In this document: in pieces, positions 24,199-31,841 of the stretch
How positions within the stretch are numbered: the first letter of the stretch is position 1
Layout of the letters: every line of letters starts with the position of its first letter
Source of the DNA: Paraspadella gotoi
Taxonomy: Eukaryota; Animalia; Chaetognatha
DNA: 31,841 nt
NCBI GenBank assembly: GCA_051294375.1
Contig: CM119265.1
Coordinates: 27,327,568 to 27,359,408, forward strand
Direction: 5' to 3'
Program-made: the position numbers and the translations under genes
The notes under the pieces: generated by a model
The model's database searches: none
Told to the model about the DNA's origin: nothing
Seen by the model: only the letters and a program-made list of their open reading frames with translations

Positions 24199-25254
24199 NN
24201 NNNNNNNNNNNNNNNNNNNNNNNAAAGAGAGAGATTTTTCCGCGGATCATTTAGTTGACTTTTTCAGACCCAGTTTTTTGCGTTCTCCGTCGCTAATAAA
24301 TATTTTCTTACAGTAAAATAATCATTTTGTCATTGCTTTTCGGCCATTATTACCGTTAAACTTAAAGCTTAAGATAAACTAAATTTTTCAAAATGTTAAA
24401 ACCTAAACTCCGAACAACAGAAAAAACAATAGCAAATCTATCCCTAAATATAAAATCCATAAAACAATCACCCCCCCTCCAAAAAAAACAAAAGGCCCTT
24501 CCCTCATCACCTCCGCTACTCCCAGTCGACGGTGGCGCCGCGTCGCGCCTAATTCTTACTTATCGCTCTTTGATTCTGGAACCAAACTTGAACGACGCGA
24601 AGCTGAGCCCTAGTGTCGGGGCGAGGGTTCTCTCCTGACCTTGGGGGTGAGGGGAAGGAAGAGAGGAGGAAGAGGGGGTAGGAAGGAAGGGGAGTCGAGA
24701 GTAGGAGGGAGAGCGGGAGGAGACAGAGAGGGGGAAGAGGAGAGAAGAGAGAAAAGACATAGAGAAGAGAGAAGAGAAGAGAAAGAAGATAAGGGAAAAA
24801 GAAGGGAAAAATAAAAGAAAGAAAGAAAAGAGAATAAGAGAGAAGGAAAGTTAATTTAACAGTTTATTTTTAAAAGTTCGTGAACTTTCATTTTCCTGTT
24901 CACTTGTTCTCTTCACGTTCAGTCACCTCCTTGTACATATCATCAACATGACTTAACGGGACGGGCTATGGGCCGTCTCCACTTCAGAATGCCGAAAATC
25001 CACCTCTTCACTTGATTGCCATACGATTGTGTCAAATGCAAGAGACTAGGAATTCCTCTACCAAACTAGAACTATCTTAATAAATGCTTAAATGTCATAA
25101 CCTGTCTTTGTCATGTGTCATCGTTACCTTGTCATCTTGTCATCATTAAAAACGTTGTAACCTGCCCTTAATACGATTCTAAACGTCAACTACATAATAT
25201 GGATTTCTCCTCATCTACCCCTTATTCACGCTACTACTGGGAAGCTTTCCTTAC

Positions 25255-25383
25255 AGAATGGTTCGACTTCTCTTCGGCCCTTGTCTTTCCTTCGACCCAA
25301 GACTCCAAGCCCTTCGTCGCCGCTGCTGTCCGTCTAGCCTTTCGAATGGAGGTGATAGTGATAGATTGTGATAGATTGGTGAT
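25255..25383 (-). CDS. Candidate internal exon (phase 2-2): SPIYHNLSLSPPFERLDGQQRRRRAWSLGSKERQGPKRSRTI, possibly from a signalling adaptor
   Basis: 129 nt, donor CT|gtaagg at 25254 and a weak acceptor aaactag|; contains YxN and RxRxxS motifs. A second minus frame and a plus frame are also open. Confidence 0.22.
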
Positions 25384-26477
25384 CTAGTTTATCGTTCAAA
25401 GATATTTAATGAAGGGTCTATCCGAGCCTCGATATGATAATATCCGTTTAGAAATTAATAGTCGTTTTAATATATATAAAAAAATATGTGTCATCGAAAC
25501 ATTAATGCCGAATCTTTGATGGGGAACCAGGTACTCTAGGAATTAAAAGGTGTCAGAGAGTCATGGTAAAATGTTTATCAGGGACCTGTACAGGGTCATG
25601 AACAAAAAGTTTACAGGGATCTGCTATGTTATTTATCTGAGGACTTAACCCGTTTTAGCCTGTTCCAAAGTCCAGGCCAAGATAGCATATTTATTAAATG
25701 TCTGAACGATGAAAACCAGCCAAATTATAACTTTAGCTAATATAATGCAAATGTTTACGGATAGTAAAGAGAAATGATTATTATTAGAGCCTAATGAAAA
25801 ATCATTTAGTGCCTCAATCATAACTAACGCAAATACTTATGCTGGAAATCGTTCTGGTCTCAAACAATGGTAATGGTAATTAACATGATTTTTATCAAAC
25901 GAATTAAATAATAAAATAAGCATAATAGCATATTTTAATACAGATTTATATTGCCAGAGTTAGTTTTTTTTTTCATACTTAGTTCAATGCTGTAGTTCTT
26001 AAAAACCTTAACATTCTAACATTTTTAATATGCCAGATGTATGCAACATGCTAATCAATTTTTTAATGGCTAACCGGTCTGAAATTATGCCAGATCTGGC
26101 ACACGGTATGTTAAGTGATAATCGAATCATTTTTTTTTTATTATTCACTTCACAAACATTTTCATATTTTTTTTTATTTAAAAAAACCACGAACACAGTA
26201 GCCTTACGTCAATTTTACAGTATTATCAAGGACAGTAAATTTAAAAAAAGTGCAATGTCTATTGCTTTCGTCAAACACAATAAGTTCCCTTACGTTCTTT
26301 GTTTTTTTTTCAGATTCAAATGACAATAATACTTATATTAATTTTTTGTTTCGTTTTCAACCCCGCAATCTTTCAAGATTAACAACTTAAAATAAACCAA
26401 TAAACACGCAAAACTAAAAAAAATCGTTTCTAAACTGCAATAATGCAATGAGATTTAAAAAACTCAAAACCACTTAC

Positions 26478-26637
26478 TTCTGACGCCTGGGATGAAAGAG
26501 ATTAGGCAGCGGCCACATGTGATGCAAAAGCGAATTCTCTTTCGAATCGAATTCGAAAAAAGTTTGAACTTTTGCGAACAACGAATTGGTCGCCTTTCTG
26601 CAGTTGTGTCCGCAAACGACGCAGTTGAGAGCACCAT
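26478..26637 (-). CDS. Candidate first coding exon: MVLSTASFADTTAERRPIRCSQKFKLFSNSIRKRIRFCITCGRCLISFIPGVR (phase 1)
   Basis: ATG at 26637, open for 53 codons +1 nt to a consensus donor |gtaagt at 26477. No recognisable homology. Confidence 0.22.
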
Positions 26638-26839
26638 GTATGAAAGGTGGTTGGGGGATTTGTCAAGTTTATTTTTCTCTCTCTCTCTCTCTCTCTCGAC
26701 TCTCCTCTTCTCTTCTCTCTCTCTCTCTCTACTGACTCACTCTCTCTCTCCCTCAACCTCTTCTTTTTTCTTTATTCTCAACCTCTCTCTTCTCATCTAT
26801 CACTCCTTTCTCTTTCTCTAATCTCTCTATCTCTCTCTA

Positions 26840-26878
<39 letters not shown>

Positions 26879-28757
26879 TGCTTCTGACTCACTCTCTCCT
26901 CTCTCACTCTTCTTCTTTCTTTATTTCAACTTCTCTTTCTCTCTATCACTCTTGTTTTTCCTCATTCTTCTATCTCTAACAGTTCTTTCTCTCTCTTTAT
27001 TACTCTCTCTCTCTCTTCTCTCTCTCTGTGATGTCGTGTCTTCACAGACTCTCTCCTTTCTTCACGTCTTGAATTCCCCGAATCTTTCCTTTTTTCTCTC
27101 TTTCCTTTTCTTTTATTCTCCTCCTCTCATCTTCTCTTCTTCTCTTTTCTTCTCCTCCTCTCCTCCTCCTCCCTCCCCCTTCCTTCCCCCTCGCAACTCC
27201 TCACGTGAACAGGATAGACGTTTGTGTTGTTGTGTGTGTGAAACCACGCGCGCCATCTGCATATCCCAGACATCGGCGCCAGAGGCTGACGCCACTTCCG
27301 TTCGCATGACGAGTTCGTTGGAGGCGAGGGTGAAGCACCCGCGACACCTGGGGCGCGAAGATTCGAAGAGGAGGGAGGAAGAGGGGGAGGGAGGGAGGAG
27401 GGAGGAAGGAAGGGGAAAGAGGTTTGAGGAAGGAGGAGAAAGGGAGACAAAAGGAAGAGAGAGAAGAGATGATGATGAATCCGAAAAATCAAAAATTTTA
27501 TTATCACAAACGAAAATAAAGAAAAGTTGTGTCGTATGTCTGGTGGGTCGGTCAGTCGGTCTTTCGTTCGTTTTTTTTATCGATAATTTTTATTCTTTTG
27601 TTTTATTTTCTTGGTTTATGTTATCCTTTTATCTTCTCTCTCTCACCCCTCTTCCTCTCCCTTCTCTCTCTCTCTCCCCTCTCCCTTCTTCTCTCTCCTC
27701 TTCCGTCTCGGGATTTCGTCTCGAACAATTTCCCGATCAAATTTGAGCTGAGACTGAATTCAAATTAACCTCCAGCTTTATTCTCCCCCTCATTCCTTGG
27801 TACCTAGCTCTTCTCTCTCCTCTCTTTTCTCTCTCTCCTCTTCCCTCTCTCTCTCTCTCTCTCTTCTCTCCTCCTCTTCCATTCCTTCTCTTCCTCTCTC
27901 TTTCTCCTTTCTTTCTCTCCCTCTCTCTCTCTCCACTCCCCCCTTAAATTCAAGAAAAGCGGGGGGTGCGCGACATCGACGCTTGAATTTTTTAATTCAA
28001 GTTTCATAAAAATTTTCTTTTGTCTCCTTTTTTTCTTTCTTTTTTTTCTTCAATGACACAACAACAAAAACTCTTTCTCTCACTTTTTTCTTACATTTTC
28101 TCTTCAATTTTTCTCTTCACTTTATCTTCATTCTTCGAAGAAATGAGGTTTTCTTGAAAATATTGACAATTGGAAGCTTTCCGGGTTTGATTGTGTTCGA
28201 CCTTATGATATTTTCTTTTTTGTTATTGAAAAAAAGTAATAATATTGATATGTTCCCTTTTTATTATTTAATAGAGATATTCCTCTTTTTTTTTTGGTTT
28301 CCTTTCCTCTTTACTCTTTTTCCTTTTTCTTTTTTTTTTCACGTCGACTTTTTCCTTTCTTCTTTTTTCTTCGCCATTTTTCTCTTTTCCTTTCCTTCGA
28401 TTTCTTCTCTCATCCTTCCCCTCTTCCTCCTCTTCTCCTCCTCCTCTCTTGAGAAAATCGAATCGCAATTTTTTCACTTGGATGATTGGCAGCCCACGCG
28501 AAGCGCCAGTCAGGAGGAAAGATATAAGAGGGAAGAGGGAGGAGTGGGAGATTAAAGACACGGGGGGGAGAGAGGGAGGGAGGGAGGAAGGAGAAGGAGC
28601 GAGGGAGATATCAAGAACGAGGAGGAAAGGGAGGAAAGGAAAGAAGGAGAGGGCGAGGAGAAAGAAGTGAAGATCTCAAGACAGTAAAAGTGAGAAGGCA
28701 GAAGAAAAGGAAAAGAAAGAAAGAAAGAAAAGGGGAAGATATTGAAATTGAGAGAGA

Positions 28758-28788
<31 letters not shown>

Positions 28789-28791
28789 AGA

Positions 28792-28838
<47 letters not shown>

Positions 28839-29825
28839 GAAGAGAGAGAAATAAATGGAGGATATCTTTGGACAGGTGATGAGATAGATTCTTTACAGGA
28901 TGACTTTTACTTTTTGAACTAAATCACGATGTCGAAAATTGCGCATTTTAAATTCGAATGTTAAATTTTAAATATTCATCAAAGCCTATTAAACTTTATT
29001 CATAACTAATATAATTCAGCTCATCTGTAAATCTTTATTTCTCTCTATTTAGTACATATATTTAACTTGTCGAGTAAAACTGTGGCCAGTGGCACAGGCC
29101 TTAGAATAGAAAATTTTTATAAATTTTAATACAATTAAAACTTGTTTGTTTGATCGATCTTATAACGAGTTTTGTATATTTTACTCGTCTTTAAAAAAAA
29201 AAATAAAACGTAAAAGGTTTTTATCAAATATTTATTCCCTATTTTTATTTCCTCCATTTTTTATCTCCTCCAATTTTTTATCTCCTTTTTATCTCCACCA
29301 TTTTTTTTTCTTTTCGACCAAAGTTTGATTTTCTCTCGATCTTTCGTCGACGTCGATGAGTCGAGTTTTATTTCAAGAGGGGGGGACAGGGGGGGGCGAT
29401 TTTTATTGGGGAGTGGGGCAGGGGGGAGGTGGGGTGGTGGAGGAGGAGGTGGAAGGTGGAGGTGGAGGAGGAGGAGGAGGTTGGAGGTGGGGGATGTTTT
29501 ACTTTTGGGGTAAATTGTTTATTTTAAAGGTAGTGGAATTTATTTTATTTATTTATTTGGAGACGGGGTTTTTAATGGGGAAAGAAAGGTTTGGGGCGAT
29601 CCGGTTAATAGTTTTCGAGGAGTTAACAAGTTTTTTTTGAGAATGCATTTTCTATGTGATGAGAGCATTGGGTATTTTCGATGAAGATGTTTACATTTAT
29701 TACGTATTAAATCTAATAGTCTAAAGACACACATATTTTAGTGAGGTAGTTTAAAAAGAGTCGCGACTAAGTTTCGATGAGATTGTTCAGACTGAATGGT
29801 TTATTTTTAAAAAAAAGACAGAGAC

Positions 29826-29890
<65 letters not shown>

Positions 29891-30018
29891 AGGAGGAGAG
29901 AGAAGAGAGAAGAGAGAGAGACTGATGAAAAAATGGGGATAAAAGGAAGAATGGTGTTTGAATAGCAAAGCGACTCGAGGCGTCGGATAAAAAGGCAGAC
30001 CGACCAAGAGAATGGCGT

Positions 30019-30125
30019 GGCGCGGGCGGCGGGCGGCGGGCGGCGGCGGCGGCGGCGGGCGGCGGCGGCGGGCGGCGGGCGGCGGGCGGCGGGCGGCCGG
30101 CCGGCGGCGGGCGGCGGCGGGCGGC
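30019..30125 (+). repeat. Pure G/C (GGC/GGGCGGC)n tract, G-quadruplex-capable
   Basis: ~105 nt of only G and C with repeated GGG runs. Confidence 0.85.
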
Positions 30126-30322
30126 ATATGGTTCCACGTTTCCTGAGATTATTTCGTCGGCAATTTGAGATATAATTTCTGACGTCACGAAGAACGAAGA
30201 TTTTTTTGGGTCGAATTTTGAGGTTAATCTGAATTTTGTCCATCGTTTTCGGTTTTCTCTCTCTCTCTCTCTCTTTCTTCCTCTCTCTCTTACTCTCTCT
30301 CTCTATTCTCTCTCTCTCTCTT

Positions 30323-30372
<50 letters not shown>

Positions 30373-31008
30373 TCTGTTCTCTCTCTCTCCGAGAATGTCG
30401 ATATTTAGGCGTTAAAAAGTAAACAAACAAAATTAGTAAATAAATTTTTTCTTTCTTTGGTGGTAAGCTCAATTATTTCACTGTCTTCCTAAATTTGACT
30501 TTCCCCTTAACACCTTTTCCTTCTGCCTCTCCATTCCTCTCTTTTTCATTTCCTCCCTTCCTCTCCCTCTTTCTCCCTTTCTATTCCTTTCTCTCATCTC
30601 CCACCCTTATCTCACTTTCCTTTAACCCTCCCTCTCTCCATGTCTTCCTGCCCTTCTCCTTCCCTTCTCTCTTCCTCTCCCTCTCTCTCTCCTCCCCGGG
30701 TGTCTCCCTTTTCCTCTCTCTCCCTCTTCTCTCCCTCTTCCCTCCCTGCCTTCTCTTTGTTCTCCTTCCTCTCTCTCTCCCTCTCTCCCTCTCCACTTCC
30801 CAATCCCTTGTTTGTTCTCTTTCCTCAACGATGTTTGATCTCAGCGACGAGACTTCGATCCAAACTGACGACGACGACGACGACGACGACGAGACGACTA
30901 GACGATAACAACCGCCGACCGACCGACAGAGATTTTTCGAATACTCGCGACTTTTTTGTTTGTTTTCCGAGACGCGTCTCCGCTCGTCGCCTGGTAACCG
31001 ATGCCGAC

Positions 31009-31083
31009 GGCCAATCGCCAGCCGGCGTGTCGGCATCGATGAGACCAATGAGAGGCCGAGGATTGGAAGCGGTTGACCAATGA
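31009..31083 (+). promoter_or_regulatory. Three co-oriented NF-Y-type CCAAT boxes in a CpG-rich island
   Basis: GGCCAATCG (CCAAT 31011), GACCAATGA (31045) and GACCAATGA (31077) all fit RRCCAAT(C/G)R; spacing 34 and 32 bp. Confidence 0.4.
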
Positions 31084-31186
31084 AAGATCAGTGAGGTGAC
31101 AGTGGTTCCGAGGGCGGAGAGAGAGAGAGAGAAGAGAGAGAGAGAGGAGAGAGAGAGGAGAGAGAGAAGAGAGAGAGAGAGAGAGG

Positions 31187-31841
31187 CATCGATGCCGACA
31201 CGCCGGCTGGCGATTGGCCCGTCGGCATCGGTTACCAGGCGACGAGCGGAGACGCGTCTCGGGAAAAACAAACAAAAAAGTCGCGAGTATCGAAAAAATC
31301 TCTTCGGTCGGTCGGTCGTTGTTATCGTCGTAGTCGTTCGTCGTTCGTCGTCGTCGTCGTCGCAGTTTGGATCGAAGTCTCGTCGCTGAAGATCAAACAT
31401 CGTTGAGGAAAGAGAACAAACAAGGGGATTGGGAAGTGGAGGGAGAGAGGGAGAGAGAGAGGAAGGAGAACAAAGAGAAGGCAGGGAGGGAAAGAGAAGA
31501 GAAGAGGAGTGAGAGAGGAAAAAAGGGAGACACCGGGGTGAGGAGAGAGAGAGGGGAGAGGAAGGGAGAGAAGGGAAGGAGAAGAGCAGGAAGACAGGAG
31601 ACGAAGGGAGGGTTAAAGGAAAGTGAGAGGAAGGGTGGGAGATGGAGAGAAGGAATAAGAAAGGGAGAAAGAGGGAGAGGAAGGGAGGAAAGGAAAAAGA
31701 GAGGAATGGGGAGAGGCAGAAGGAAAAGGTGTTAAGGGGAAAGTCAAATTTAGGAAGGACAGTGAAATAATTGATCTTACACCAAAGAAGAAAAAAAGTT
31801 TTATTTACTATTTTGTTTGTTTACTTTTTAACGCCTAAATA
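31187..31841 (+). repeat. Inverted repeat arm of 30402-31041 (runs off the window end)
   Basis: catcgatgccgacacgccggctgg... is the reverse complement of 31041 leftwards; terminal aacgcctaaata is the reverse complement of 30402 tatttaggcgtt. The spacer is 31042-31186. Confidence 0.95.

Larger units (their letters stand above)
29355..31185 (-). repeat. Block C cleaner copy (inverted relative to 20330-22070)
   Basis: See block C. Includes a G-rich tract at 29378-29495, (GGC/GGGC)n at 30019-30125 and (GAC)n at 30867-30905. Confidence 0.9.

Noticed and set aside
26502-26650. PH/PTB-like fragments (WCSQLRRLRTQLQKG; HMWPLPNL)
   Set aside because: They are in different frames, too short, and resemble the domains only superficially.
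20330-31185. Large terminal-inverted-repeat transposon (Polinton/Foldback-like) bounded by the block C copies
   Set aside because: No integrase, polymerase or transposase ORF inside; one arm is read-quality and ends at a 25-N gap; a third copy follows 31187. Misassembly explains all of it.
830-31735. Most ORFs in the supplied track (SLSL, RERE, FFLS, poly-X)
   Set aside because: They are translations of GA/CT/TTTC microsatellites or N gaps, which lack stop codons by composition; no domain-like sequence.
1-31841. tRNA, rRNA, snRNA or telomeric repeats
   Set aside because: No cloverleaf with A/B boxes, rRNA signatures or TTAGG(G)/TTAGGC arrays were recognised by eye.

Overview
This window looks like eukaryotic (probably invertebrate animal; inference) non-coding or intronic DNA from a gappy draft scaffold. 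It is dominated by microsatellites ((GA/CT)n, (TTTC)n, (GGAA)n, (CGA/TCG)n, (CAT/TCA)n, (GGC)n) interrupted by short CpG-rich unique islands. I recognise no complete gene, RNA gene, transposase or CRISPR array, and almost all ORFs in the track are low-complexity artefacts. The main large-scale structure is redundancy. Block A occurs as ~3750-8276, a partial copy at 8302-9725, and ~9735-14354. Block B occurs as ~18270-20255 and ~22270-24198. Block C occurs as ~20330-22070, inverted at 29355-31185, and again from 31187 to the window end. The copies differ mainly by scattered indels, and several abut gaps of exactly 25 N. This points to long-read gap-filling artefacts and a probably mis-oriented 24224-31185 segment rather than real duplications. 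Weak biological signals are: several candidate spliced exons (13189-13368 -, 14821-14930 +, 15228-15507 +, 25255-25383 -, 26478-26637 -), a triple CCAAT promoter-like island (~30940-31115), a TATA element with an upstream GC repeat (14406-14528), and an E-box-rich minisatellite (6200-6354). I found no convincing novel biological system.
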